Part shown: piece by piece, positions 50,736 to 63,799 of the stretch
How the letters are laid out: every line of letters begins with the position of its first letter
Position numbering within the stretch: the stretch's first letter is position 1
Assembly: GCA_028023455.1 (NCBI GenBank)
Contig: JAQFVV010000009.1
Span: 62,001-126,000, forward strand
Source: Epiperipatus broadwayi
Lineage: Eukaryota > Animalia > Onychophora
DNA: 64,000 bases
Reading direction: 5' to 3'
Position numbers and translations under genes: made by a program
The notes under the pieces: generated by a model
The model's input: the letters and a program-made list of their open reading frames with translations, nothing else
Told to the model about the DNA's origin: nothing
Database searches by the model: none

Positions 50736-52267
50736 GACTGTATATATTTCTTATTCTAATTTTTGTCTTGTATACTCTGCCTAATGTTGAATTAAATTTC
50801 ATTATATACCACAACTAGTTGGTAATAATGCATAAAAATTAGAAAGAGGAAAAGCAATTCAGTTTTTCAATGTGAATCAAAATAAATATTTTAAATTAAA
50901 ATCATTACTTGTAAATAAATTATTTAAATCAATAAACTTCTGAATTCCATACCCCCTCTTTTTTTTAGCATTAGAAAAAAAGAAGAAATGGCCAATAAAA
51001 TGTTTCTTTTTTTTGCAACTTGATAACTAAGTTATAGTTTTGATAAGTAACTTTATTGTGATGATTTTCTGGGATACATATACTCACTCAAGAATTCTAA
51101 TGATGTCAAACTAAACCAAAGAATTAACAAATAATAAACTTTTCTTGTAGGAGCTTTCCTCCAGCCTCATTTCACATTCTAAAATATAAATTTATTAACA
51201 CATTTCAAGAGTATTTGTAATAAACAATAGAAAGCTTTAAAATTTTAAAAAAAAATCTTGAAAGTTATTAAAAGTTATAATACCATATGATCCAGATACT
51301 CACAGATAATTCATTTTACCAATAAACTATCTGCTGCTTTAGTCTAAAACTTGTTCCATATATTAGTAATTATATCTATAGGAAGGTTATATCATATTAT
51401 AATCATAGTTTATTTTTACAGTAAACTTTAACCTAGGATCATTTTTAACCACTAATAGAAGCTGGGTTGGCTCTGAGCTAAATACCTAAAAGAACAATCC
51501 TAAATTTATTTCTAACCTGGAAAATTTGTTAAGATTCACGAAGACTATAGGTATGACAGGCAGATATATTGTTAACTATTAAGCCATGGATTCCTTTTGA
51601 AAGCATATAATGCAATAATTTTTTTTAATTTATTAAGTATGAAAGCTGTTACTTCACATTGTTAAAATTTACATTACATTTAAATAAATATGAAATACAT
51701 TATATAAATAGAAGAAGGGGACACTTACAATTTATTTCAAAGTCCTTATTTTGTGCACACATATAAGATATTTTATATTAATATTATTTTTAAAAATTTA
51801 TTAATTTCAAATTATCTATACAATTATTTAAGTACATAAATATTATCATAATTTCATTTTTTTTGCATACTGTATATATTATTTAAGTGTAAATATAAAA
51901 AGAATTTAACAGTCTGGTTCAAAAAATTGCATCTAGATGTTAACAGATGAAGATTATTTGATGGACTATTTTCATCAGCGCAAAAACTTTCAGATAAAAT
52001 ATGAAGATAACTTCTCTTATATACATCACTAAAGAGATTAAATTATTACATTTTCATTTACCACTGTCAAACTTCCTCCACTCACAACTTTGACGCCATC
52101 CATTTCAGATAAATACAACAATGATTATTACAAATCCTATCGAAACTAGACATTATCTCTAGCACAGATATAAACTTTAAACCTCAGTTAAAGATAAATA
52201 TATCTGATTTTTTATTTATTTTACACACATGGAGTTAATAACCTTTCTCTTTTCCGTGTGTAATATC

Positions 52268-52386
52268 TTATAGATATAAAAAACATCTCCATACTTCCCC
52301 ATTCTGTCATTTGTCTTTTATTATATCTTTATATAAGTGAATTTAAAAAGAATGGGGAAGTATGGAGATGTTTATTATATCTATAA
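52268..52386. repeat. Inverted repeat (38-bp arms), MITE-like
   Basis: 52268-52305 vs 52349-52386, near-perfect complement. Confidence 0.85.
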
Positions 52387-52649
52387 AGAGATTAACAAAT
52401 CATTAATAAAAAAATTTTCAAAATTTGTTATAATCATCTATTATTATATACACTATTTACATATAATACACATCAAAATATATATTTATTTCCCAAAAAT
52501 ATGTAATAATGGTATCGTAATTACATGTTGGGACTATTTCTATCATCTAATATTAATTAAATATTTTTAGAAAAAATTAAAACATTATTTAAACTTTCCA
52601 AATATAGCAGGCAGATTAGTATATTATATTTTGAATTATTCTCATCTCT

Positions 52650-52770
52650 TCTTCAGATGTTGCTGGCCTGACCAATGGCAGGGAATCGAACTTGGAACCC
52701 TTACATTTGAATATTGAATTTAAGTTAATGCTTTTAAACAATTAGGCTATTCTGTCAAAGGAAACTGACA
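52650..52770 (-). mobile_element. tRNA-derived SINE
   Basis: Minus strand A-box TAGCCTAATTG and B-box GTTCGATTCCC; a decayed homologue lies at ~60540-60670 (+). Confidence 0.6.
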
Positions 52771-52829
52771 GTAAAAATAACATGTACTTATCTATGAGTT
52801 TTCCTGATTTCTCAACTCTTTTCTTAAGG

Positions 52830-53790
52830 GCAAGGGCAATAAGATTTCCAAACATTGTAAATTATTATAGAAGGTTGACTACAGAAAAAAGTTAAAGCAT
52901 TATTAGAAAGCATTGCAAGTATTTTGCGATTCAGAAAAAAGTAAATTAATATCATATTTTAGCAAAATTCCCCATCTTTACAATCTATATAAAATTTATA
53001 AGGACTGTGTCCCAAATTAATAGTTCTAGAAATCTATCTTGCCAAAACTTGTCAAGTTTCTTTCTCAAGATCTTTAGTCCTTAGGCAGACAAGACAATCC
53101 ATTGTAGAGATTTTCAAAACTTTGTAGAATTAATCAAGAATATGAATTTTGAAAGAAGTGATATATTGATAAGCTGTGATGTGGAAAACTTATTCGTGTT
53201 TCCTGTGATGAAGCATTATCTATTATAGGAAAAGATTAAATAATATTAACTTACAAGCTGGGACAACTCTTCCTTTTGATAGTATAATGAAACTTTTAAC
53301 AATCCTCATAACAACATATTTTCAATATAACACAAAAATTCTTCCAACAAAATTAAGAGATAGCTGTGTTTACTATTGTCACCCCTAATTAGCAACATTT
53401 ATATAACTTGAAATCACAGCCATATATATTACTCCATATTCATCTAACATTTGCCTTTGCTATGTTGACTATATATTAGTTGTATGACCACATGGTGAAG
53501 CACTATTACAAACATTCTGGGCATACATCAATAACATATCCCCTTCAATTAATTTCACAAGAGAATCAGAATAAGAACAAAAATTGGTATTTTCAGATGT
53601 TCTTGTGACAAGACTCCCTCATGACAAAATCAAAATTAAAATAAATCTGTAATCAATATAACATCAGAACAGCTTTCCAAAGCCACAGCACTTAACATTT
53701 AATAGTTATTTATAAAGCATACACTAAGCAAAGAAAATAATAATAAAAAATCTCCATGTAAACTAATAATCATTTCAGAGAATGAAACAA
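52830..53790 (+). mobile_element. Degenerate Penelope/Poseidon-like RT
   Basis: KIPHLYNLYKIYKD, FVELIK..DILISCDVENLF, TTYFQYN, YVDYILVV*PHGEALLQTF..INNISPSINFTRESE. Confidence 0.8.
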
Positions 53791-53804
53791 TATAATAAAA
53801 AATG

Positions 53805-56800
53805 ACTAGCCATGAGACCAGCAAAGTAATAGGACTAATTGGCTTTATTCAGCTTATTCTTACTGAAGGTGTAGAAAAGGATTTAGGACTCAGTTTATAA
53901 GCCTATCTGGTCTTTATTTTAAATTCTATAAGCCTCCAAGACTTGTAATAATAATTCAGATAATTACTGTGAATAATAAATGTCATATAACTTTATAATA
54001 ATATATGTAAATAAGTTTATCTTCTATTGATACAAGGCTAATTATTGTTTACATACTTTATTGCTTATAATTACTAACTGAAATAATAAAAAAAATCACT
54101 TTTACTTCATCTCTAACTCCAGTTATATAAGTTAATTTGGAAATAAATAAACAAGTATAAAATTAAAAAATGACAGCAACATGATGAAGATAAGTGAATT
54201 TGATATTAACACTGCTATGGAATGGCAAATATAAGTAAAACATTTAAACAAATATTTGATTATCAACCCCACAAAAGACGATAGAAATAACAAATAGACT
54301 TTTTGAACTTATTAAGCCTGAAAGTACTCCTTGCACAGAATTAGTTTAAAAAAATGAGATCATTAAACCTTGAACCTTTCAAATCTATTGCTCACTTATA
54401 CTTGCATAAAGATGTCAAACGAAGAAAGAGAGTTGCAAAAAAGTATGATATAGCCTTAAGACAATTAGAAAGTAAATGTTTATATGATTAATATTTTAAG
54501 GAAGCTTTACAATAACTATTCTTATAGGACATGTCTGATATAAATTTACAATAGCAATTCTTAGCAATTTTGAAGCTATAAAAAAAAAAATCATAGCATA
54601 AGAATTAGTTTTAAAACATGCTAGAGAATTTCACGAATTTTGTATAAGTAATTTTACTAAACAAATAACCTTCAGACATCCAAATCTGAAATTTATCAAA
54701 AAGATAGAAAGTGAAATGCTATCTCTGTAGGAATCTGGAACATTTAGTTAAAAGTGTAATCAGAAAAGAGTAAAGTGCAGCTACTTAATAAAAAATTTTC
54801 ATACTAAAAATAAAACTGACAAAAGTAAAATTTTCCAGAAAAGTAAATTCGTCCAAAATAGGACTAAACAAAATGAAAAGGGATGACTTTCAGCAAATAG
54901 TGATAATTTAAAAATCTGCAATAAACCTATTAACAATGGAAATTAATAGCAGTGTTTAGGTATCTATTTTGTCACAGAAAGATTAGAAATCACTATCCAA
55001 AGAAATTAAAATTTGCCCCAAGATAATTAAAACTGATATTAAGGCTAGAGATGCAAATGGCAAACCTATAAAAATATTAAGGAAAGTTAAAGTGCCAACA
55101 AAGTGTAAATTAAAACTATTACTAAGCTGTGAATGATTCAAATCTTTAGGCATAAAAATTTACTTGGTAAATAAAATTACCAAAAAAAAGAGAAATCTAA
55201 ACTGTATTTAAAATTATTCTGACCAAAACAAAGGGAAATTAAAACAGATCCAATTATTATTGAACTGCATGAAGGTGCTTAACACCAATACTGTAAAGCA
55301 CTGAGAACACAAACTGAAAATGTTTTGGATGCCCAACTCCCATAATTATCATCCGAAACTAATAGGCAGATTAGAATGTGAATGATTATCAAATCACTCT
55401 CAATAAAGCTTTATCAAAAAATTTTTTATCCAGTTCCCAATGTTAGCCAGTTTAGAATATGTTAAATTCTTTTCAAAATTAGATCTCAATGCAGCTTTTC
55501 ATCAAATACTAGTATCTGAGAAAAAAAATAAGATCCTAATTATTATAACTCAAAAAAGATTATTTTTACATAACTGTCTGCTTAATTATTTTGCAAAATT
55601 AGTTCTTAATGCAGCTTTTCATCAAATACCACTATCTGAGGAAACAGGTGAGATCATAATTATTATAACTCATAAAGGATTATTTTTAAACAACCATCTT
55701 CCTTTCAGAATATCTACAGACCTAACTATTTTCCAAGTGAAAATTGACATGCTGTTAAGAAGAATAAATTTTGATGATATATTAATAACTGCTAATTGGA
55801 AGGTAGCTGATTTTATAATTTTAGAGTTACATTAAACTCTGATAAACATATGGCAAATTTAGAAATAAAATTCCAATGCCATACTATTTCAGGAAAAAAA
55901 ATCAAGACTGATCTAAAAAAAAATAAAAGCATTTAAAAATGCTGAGACCAAGAAATATTAAACAATTTCAGACATTTCTTGGATTTATAAATTTCTTTGA
56001 AAGTTTTTTCTGAGGGAAAGTCCATATGGTTATATCTCTATATGAGCTTCTTCATAAGGAGGAACAAATCACAAGAAGAGCAGTTCAAAAGGTCAAAGAA
56101 CTATTAACATCAAACAGGCTGTTAATTCACTTTGATAATAACTTAGATATAACCTTGACAATTTATGCATCAGAGAATAGACTTGGAGCTATATTTAACC
56201 ATTCCTCTCATAATGGTAATCATCCAATAGCTTACATGTCAAGAATAATGTCAAAATTTGAAAAAAAATTGTAGTCAGTTAGATAAAGCAGCACTGGCTA
56301 TAATTTGTGCTGTTAAAAAATTCTATTTCACATCATTCATTCAAAATAATAATAGATCCCCACCCACTAGAAGGAATATTTTCTAATAGAAAAACAGCAC
56401 TTACAAACTTGAGTCCAAAATGGTACACTGGTATAATAGAATGTCTGCATGTAATTATTAATCAAAATTTAAATCAAAGAATCAAATAAAGCAAACAGAT
56501 ATTTATATTCACTTATGCATAACAAACACAATTGCAAAAGTAGGAAAAGATATATATCTTAATGATAGCTAAAGCTAATAAATAAACAAACTGTCACAGC
56601 ATGGACAAAGCTAATCTTGGTTACGAGATATTAAAAACATGATTAGCCCAGCAAAGTATCAGAAACTCACAAATCTTTATGGAAATGTCATAATAAAGTG
56701 TTAATAAACAAGGGATGCATTTTAGCAACTGATAAAATATTAATACTGTCTTAAGGATACTCTGATATATTGGAGTTATTGCACAATTTGTCATCTTGGC

Positions 56801-57400
56801 ATAGTGAGAGCAAAAGCACTCGCTTTTATATGTGGTGATGTGAAATTAATTAAGATATGAAATCCTATATTACCACAGAAACTTATACTTGACATTCCAA
56901 AAGGGAAAGAAGTAGAAGGATAGGATTACCTCCCACATATACAGACAGCCATGAGTAGAGCAATGGGAAAAATCAAAGTTCTTTGAAATGAGATGGGATA
57001 GTGCAGTGTATACTTAACATTTGGATGACTATGCTCTAAGCAAAAAAAAGAATAATAGAAAACATCCGTGTGAATTAATTAAGAATCAGAGAACAAGATT
57101 AAATATAATAAAAAGCAGTAGCCACCAAAGCAGAGAAGCAATAAAAGGAATAATTGGTTTTGCCCAGTTTATCTTTGCTGGATGGTGATGTAGGACTCAG
57201 CTTACAAGCCTACTTCATCTTTATTATAGGTTTTATAAGTCTCCAAAGCTCATAATGATAATCCAGATAAGTATTGTAAATAATAAACATTATATAACCT
57301 GATATGTAAATATGTTAATCTTCAAGCTGATTACCATTCGCATACTGTTTATTGTTTATAATTACTAGTTGAAAATAAAAATCATTTTATTTCATTCTAG
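53805..57400 (+). mobile_element. Degenerate Ty3/Gypsy LTR retrotransposon
   Basis: Diverged ~300-bp direct repeats (~53805-54125 and ~57117-57400); KLDLNAAFHQI RT, LPF..IFQ, RNase H PIAYMSR, and an integrase-like HLGIVRAKALA stretch. Confidence 0.85.
55474..55712. repeat. 120-bp tandem duplication in the Gypsy RT
   Basis: caaaattag.tct.aatgcagcttttcatcaaatac repeated at 55474 and 55594. Confidence 0.85.
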
Positions 57401-57749
57401 AATTTTGTTTTTTTTATTCTATACAATGCTTGAATTCCATCACATAAGCTACTACCATAATTCTTGGATTTCAAACTAAACATAACAAAAACAAAATTTA
57501 AAATGCTGAAAAACAAAAACTGCTGCTACAAAATATGATGAGAATGTAGAAAGATAAATGCAATAACATGTTATAAAAAATTTTATTAAGAAAAGAAAAA
57601 GAAGAGCACAATTCAACTATCTCTCGAGATATTTATAAAGAAAACATTAAATACTAATCAATAAAATGTTATTTACATACTGTATATTTGAATTTTTGTT
57701 CTTATCCATGCGTCTATTATATCACAATTATCAATCAGCACTTACATAT

Positions 57750-59579
57750 TGTAATGGGCTCACACACTGTTACATTATTTATTTTAAAAATTAGACATTA
57801 AAAATAAAAGTTTGCAAATAAAAACCTTTTTTTTTAACAATTAAAAATTGAAAGTTAAAAGTCATTTAAACTTTATATATATAAAATCGCACAGATGAAA
57901 AATTATTAAAAGAAAACTTTATTAAAAAAAAAAGTTTTAAAACTAAATATTAAGAAAAAAACTTGAAAGATTTAAAGATAAAAAGAATGTACAATAAATT
58001 AATTAATGCTATTGTAAAATGGAAATGATTATTTTAATTAGTTAAAAGTAAGCCAGTCCTTGGGCATTTCAAAATGTATAAGTAAAGGTCAGATAGGAGA
58101 GAAAAAACAATAGAACTAATAGCCAATAAAAGAAATCCCTCAGGAAATGGACCTCAACGAAAAGGTCATCATCGTCATGACGTAATGTCCACTGGATCTG
58201 AAAGTTTACAATAAAAGGAAAAGTTTGGAAATAAAAAAAGAAAAAAAAGAGATAGAGATGTGCTATATGTGTTAGAGTGGGAAAGTTGAAGGAGAAGGGA
58301 TGAAAAAGATGCACTCTTCAATCCCTTCAGTTTTTCTAAAAAAAAAAAGGAAAGAGAAAGAGGAATGACCAATCTATATTGCGGACCACAGGACATCGGG
58401 GGGATTAATGCATAACTAATGAACATTTTCAAAACAGTAAGAACTTTTAATTCCAAAACCTTTTCAGTATTTAATAGAAATAGAATCCTATCTGACCAAC
58501 GTAAATTATTATTAATAACTAATTTTATTTGATGCATTTTTTTAAGTCATTTCCATTAAGTTATTTGTTTCGTTCTTTTAAGTTTTTATTATGATTTTTT
58601 TTTTTTGTTAAACAACTTTTAATAAATGTTAAATTTAAGTCGGGCATGAATGGCTGCATAGATTCATAAAGTTATGTTAGTTTAAGGGAGGGTAAATCTT
58701 AGGTTATTTGTTTCGTAATTAAATTGGATTAATCGATTGGATATATTGGTGTAATTAGTAAATGTAGTAAGGTCCGCTACATGCAGGATCACATGATACA
58801 CCGTACTTGGGCAAAGTAAGTCCCATTTCATACTGACCATTGGAAGCACACATATTCCCTGCTTCTTGGATCACCCCTTTAGCCTATGGAATGGGATAGT
58901 AAGACGGCAAAAAGGACCGTAATCCCTTCCTATGGAGTTTTTTTTTTTTATTGTTCTTCTCGCCAGACAGATGTAACATTCCTGTACTGGACGAGAGACA
59001 ATTTCTTCTCTTAACCATTGCTGTTCAGATGCGCATTCCTGACATTATGGTATTGTGCTGTCGTATTCATGCTGCATTGAATACATCGATATATCAGATA
59101 GATTGGTGTTGGTTTGACTGCGAACTTTTGGCCTAAGGTTAAATCAGGGATAGAATATTTTCTTTTCAAATGCAATCTATGTAGTCTATTCATACTCGAC
59201 ACTCTAATAAAATATTAAACTCATCTGTGCGAACTTATAAAATAAAAGTTAAAACGTAAATTAAATTCTAAAATCAAAGTTAAAATGCAAGTTAAATTTT
59301 AAAGTAAAAGTGATACTAAAATGATTCAAAATCTTATATATGTTTAAATAAGTTTTATTTTTTTTAATATTAAAAGATATTTTTAAGAATTTATATTTTA
59401 TAAATCTCACTGAGCTAGTGGCATGGGCTGATGGTTGGAATAAAATATATATGTAAAATTTGAATCTTAACTTACGTATCTGCCTACTACATAAATTTTC
59501 CAGGTTCAAATAGCCTGGTGGTGCCCTGTACGGCAGATACGGAAGACATAAACATAAATGATCACCCCCGACCGTTATA
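57750..59579 (+). mobile_element. Unclassified 1.83-kb element with TGTAAYGG...CCGTTAYA ends and ATAT target duplication
   Basis: ATAT at 57746-57749 and 59580-59583; terminal hairpin 57750-57774; TCGCACAGATG inverted pair at 57887-57897 and 59222-59232; 165-bp terminal module 59414-59579. Confidence 0.75.
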
Positions 59580-60539
59580 ATATATATACAGAATAATTTA
59601 CATTTTTATATAATATTAAGTTGTAATTTTTTAGTATTATTAATTTTATTTTTAAAATCATAATAAATTTATTTTTATTAATTTGAGATGTCTGTCGATT
59701 ATTTTTATTCTTAGCGAATTCTCCTCATCAATCACATAAAAACTTAAGAAAGTTATAGTTCGCTTATCATCAATGATCATAGTAAATTCTGCTTCAGAAA
59801 TCTAAAATGTAATTAAGAATAGGAGTAAAATTCTATGCAAATTTAAAAATATTTTCAAATAATTAACGTCACTTTATTTACATAATTGTAATAAGACTAA
59901 ACATTCTGAAAAATAAGTGAAGCAATTTACTTATATTTTTACCCTACAAATTTTTTATCAACCCAATAATTAATATCTTTATGTATTTTTAATAATTTTA
60001 TAAATATTAATCTTTTATCATATTCTTATTTTTGATTGAGTTCTTTTGCATAAACTGTTTTATATTTTAAATGTGTGTGTGTTTGTCATTCTACATTTGT
60101 ATAACTTTTAAATAATTTATCAATCATTTCTATAACTTTGATTATTTCATTAACAATGTAATAAAATTTAAGGCAATAAATTATTTAAAAAAAAAAAAAT
60201 AGGATCACCTATATTTGCTAATATACCTGATTAAAAAATAAATATTTTAAACCACTTTTTGAAATTTTTTTTCTTTTTACATTGCTCTATTGTCGTACAT
60301 TTCAACTTTTGTACACCTTTTGGGATCCAATTAAGTACAAAAATCGAGGATCACCTCACTGAAAAGCAATTAAAGTACACAAACTGATGATTAGAAATCA
60401 AAAAGCAGATATATCTAAAATAGCAACCCCATTAGTCAACCTAATATGATAATTCATGTTTGAAAACCTCTTATTAACCTGCCCTTAAGAGAAAAGTGGA
60501 GAAATCAAGAGGACCTTCATACATATATGAAATTTCTAC

Positions 60540-60670
60540 TGACTGTTGCCTTTGATAGAATAGTCTAGTTGGTCAGAGTATTACTTTAAATTAAATATTC
60601 ACCAATCTAAAAATCCCAATTTAGATTCCTTTGCTAATACTATCATGGTTAGGCTATCATCTCCTGAAAA
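60540..60670 (+). mobile_element. Decayed tRNA-derived SINE copy
   Basis: cctttgatagaatagtctagttgg... matches the reverse complement of 52650-52770. Confidence 0.45.
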
Positions 60671-61049
60671 AGTGCATTCAAAATGTCGTGTAATTTACTA
60701 ATCTGTGTGATTTTTCTAGCAGGTTGGATGTACTTGGAAAGCTTAAGTCTGATTTTTTTACTAAAAACATTTAACAATTAATATTAAATGATGGAAATAG
60801 TCCAACATATAATTCCAACAATAAAGTATATTTATTTGCCTAATTCAAAAAGCATATATAATTTCATGAATGGCATTATTGTACTCTTTCTATTGCTTTG
60901 CAGTGCTCAATGCTAGTATGAATATTTTTTTTATATATATCATGTTTATATATATTAAGACTAAATGGCAAGTTTTTATATTTATACTAAAAATAATACA
61001 GTATATACTATTCAATTTTATTTACTACCGCAGGGATCATATATAATTT

Positions 61050-61856
61050 AAACAGCAAGGATTTCCGTTCTAACACATGCACTGTACTGTTTTTATAATA
61101 ACTCATGATGACTTGTTAAGTACTAAGGATACTCTCAAACTAAAACACAAGATTGAGACTTTTGAAAAGAGTGGGTGTCTTATCTTTAAACCTACATTCT
61201 ATTTATATAGGCCAATCTAAAGCACATTATCCATTATTTTCTTTTTCATATATTAACATTCGAGAAATTTGTCTATTTACTATGAGTTAATATTACAATC
61301 TATTAGAAACTATGTCATATTTAACAAAAAGGATTTCCACCCTAACACATGCGCTGAACTGATTTTATAATAATTCAGTGGTATCTTGTTGAGTACTAAG
61401 AATACTCTCAAATTAAAATACAAGATAGAGATTTTTGAAATGATGAGTGGTCATCTTATCTTTAAACCTACATTCTATTTATGTAGGCCAAGCTAAAGCA
61501 TCTTAATTTAAGAGTGTGAGATGTTTTTTTAACACTTTACATCCATTATTTTCTTTTTCATATATTAACATTCATGAATTTTTTCAATTTACTATGTGTT
61601 AATATTATGAACTATATGAACTATTAGAAACTATGTAATATTCCAATTTTAGAACAGAAATTGTATGTAACTTAAACAGAAAGGATTTCCACACTAACAT
61701 ATGTTCTATAGTGTTTTTATAATAACTCAACAATTGGCCTAAATCTCTATCTTGTGTTTTAGTTTGAGAGTATCCTAACAAGACATAGTTATTATAAAAA
61801 CAGTACAGCATGTGTGTTTTAGGGTGGAAATAGTTTCTGTTTAAATTAAAAATATA
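61050..61856. repeat. ~270-350-bp tandem units followed by an inverted partial unit
   Basis: aaggatttcc starts at ~61058, ~61330 and ~61681; 61740-61856 is the reverse complement of the unit start. Confidence 0.85.
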
Positions 61857-62221
61857 TAATAAAAATTCTATTTTCTCTGATCATTAATCTGGACTTAGTC
61901 TTCATATCATTATAATTTCACAAATGTAATCATATAATCATTTACTACTTGTAAAAATTATCATATAAATTGAATATATACTGCTAACAATAATTCTTTC
62001 ATAGGTAAAAGATATCAAATGTTTAAAGTTTTTCTCTGTCTAAAAACAGAGATCAATCATGCAGAAAAATCAATAGGATATCAGTCCTGAACTATGGATA
62101 TTATATAAGATTGTTTATGTTTTAGTAATGTGACATTTGTTTTCTTTAAGGCCTTAGTAACTGGACATCAAAGGAAAAGTTTTGGATATAACTTCATTCA
62201 CAGAATACAATGGATTCCTAT

Positions 62222-62452
62222 TTAACCAATGAAAAGAGAGAAAACAAGATAAAACTATAAGATCCAGGCATGAATCATGATATAATTTTATAAATCGATA
62301 GGGACTTCCAAATATTAAATAATTTTAAAGTGTCTCTTTTTTAACATTTTAAAATTATCTAATATTTGGAACTCCTATTAACTTTTAGAATTAACCAATG
62401 AATCTTACTAAGATATTATAATTTTGCCTTTTTCTTTGCTTTCATTGGTTAA
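62222..62452. repeat. Nested inverted repeats (foldback/MITE-like)
   Basis: Outer arms ttaaccaatgaaa... / ...tttcattggttaa; inner arms ttccaaatattaaataattttaaa / ttttaaaattatctaatatttggaa. Confidence 0.75.
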
Positions 62453-63656
62453 TTTGAAATTTAAGTATATTAATTCTGGCCTCTAACATCAAAATCTAAT
62501 CAATACTGACATGTCAAAAATATTTGTAATAAATAATACTTGTGAACAATCTTAGACAGTATGCATAGCGACAATAACCAGGATAATTTTTCAGAACTGT
62601 TTATTTACAGTTTCTTTATCTGTCCTTTCTCAGAGAAAAACCCAAAAGAAAACTAACACATTTTATATTGAAATAAATAAACTTATTCATTTCACTGTCA
62701 ACCATGAGGTCTTCCACATGGTTAATATTTGGTTCAGAGTTGTAAAGATTGCTAAATGTAATAATAATATGTATATTTAAATGTTAAAATTATTAAATGT
62801 CATACAGTAATTTACAAAATTAACAAACTTTTCGTAGACAAACTGTAAATTATAACTATATGTGCTTACACACTCTCACAAAAGAAGCTATAATTGCATG
62901 AAAATTATAATTGAAGCTAAGCGCTTTCAAGGCATTAAATATCCTCATAGTCATAGCTTGGAATGTGCATAATTGTATAGGTATGTATATATTGCAACAG
63001 GGCTGGGATTAAACCCTGTTTCAAAGAATAGAATTTTGGTATTTGTGCATATGCATATAGGTTTATTATTAATTGTCTGTATTTCATATTTGATTTTTTT
63101 TTTTATGTTTTTCTTCATATATTTAAATGGAGTTAAAACAGACATGAAGGGGGAGGGGGTGGCTCATTTATTTTGTTAAAGCATGTGTATGTATATATTG
63201 TTGTATAGGCAAGTGAATGGATGGAATTGTTTAAAAGAAACATAATATATACATTATTTCCATGATGAAAATCACTGTTCTTCATTTTTAATAAAATGAA
63301 AAATTTATTTTTAATGAAAATAAAAAAAAAGAGAGAGAAAATTGCCTTTTTAAAGAAGGCATTATTTTTTAAGATTCAAAAAAATAAAAGTGTTCGACAG
63401 AATTTTTGGTTAAGACAAAGAAGGAAAAGGTGCTAAAAGCTTTGCTTTTGTTTTAAAGAGAAGCCAGACCTCGGATACCATGTGCTTAGATATTAAAAAA
63501 ATAACTGAAATTCTTGGAATTGGAACTTTCTAGAATATATTTTTAAACAAAACTATAAAGAAGAGGGAGGTCAAGAGTTAGTTGGTGATATTTTTACTGA
63601 AATTTGAAGGTAAAAGAACTATTATCTACGTCCATCTATTCATGTACGTTGAAGAT

Positions 63657-63702
63657 TTCGAAAACCGAGTGGAATCAGCTTCGAAAACCGAGTGGAATCA
63701 GC
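63657..63702. repeat. Perfect 23-bp tandem duplication
   Basis: ttcgaaaaccgagtggaatcagc x2. Confidence 0.95.
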
Positions 63703-63799
63703 ATATATATATTCGACAACTATGAATAGGCTGGGGTAAAAGCTTAAAACGTGCTGTTTTTGACCCGGTCCCACGAAGATACGTAAGCTGTTACATTAT

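Noticed and set aside
51088-51178. AG...GTGAGT-bounded cryptic exon (also one near 51300-51345)
   Set aside because: Stops in all frames and no homology; cannot be supported without RNA data.
58175-58537. 120-aa ORF in the unclassified element as a real protein
   Set aside because: Crosses homopolymer runs, has no recognisable motif, and I saw no sign it is kept in the 178-1394 relative.
59471-59545. Branched hairpin as a parvovirus telomere, Y RNA or 7SK
   Set aside because: No NS1/capsid remnant nearby and none of the defining motifs; kept only as part of the 165-bp module finding.
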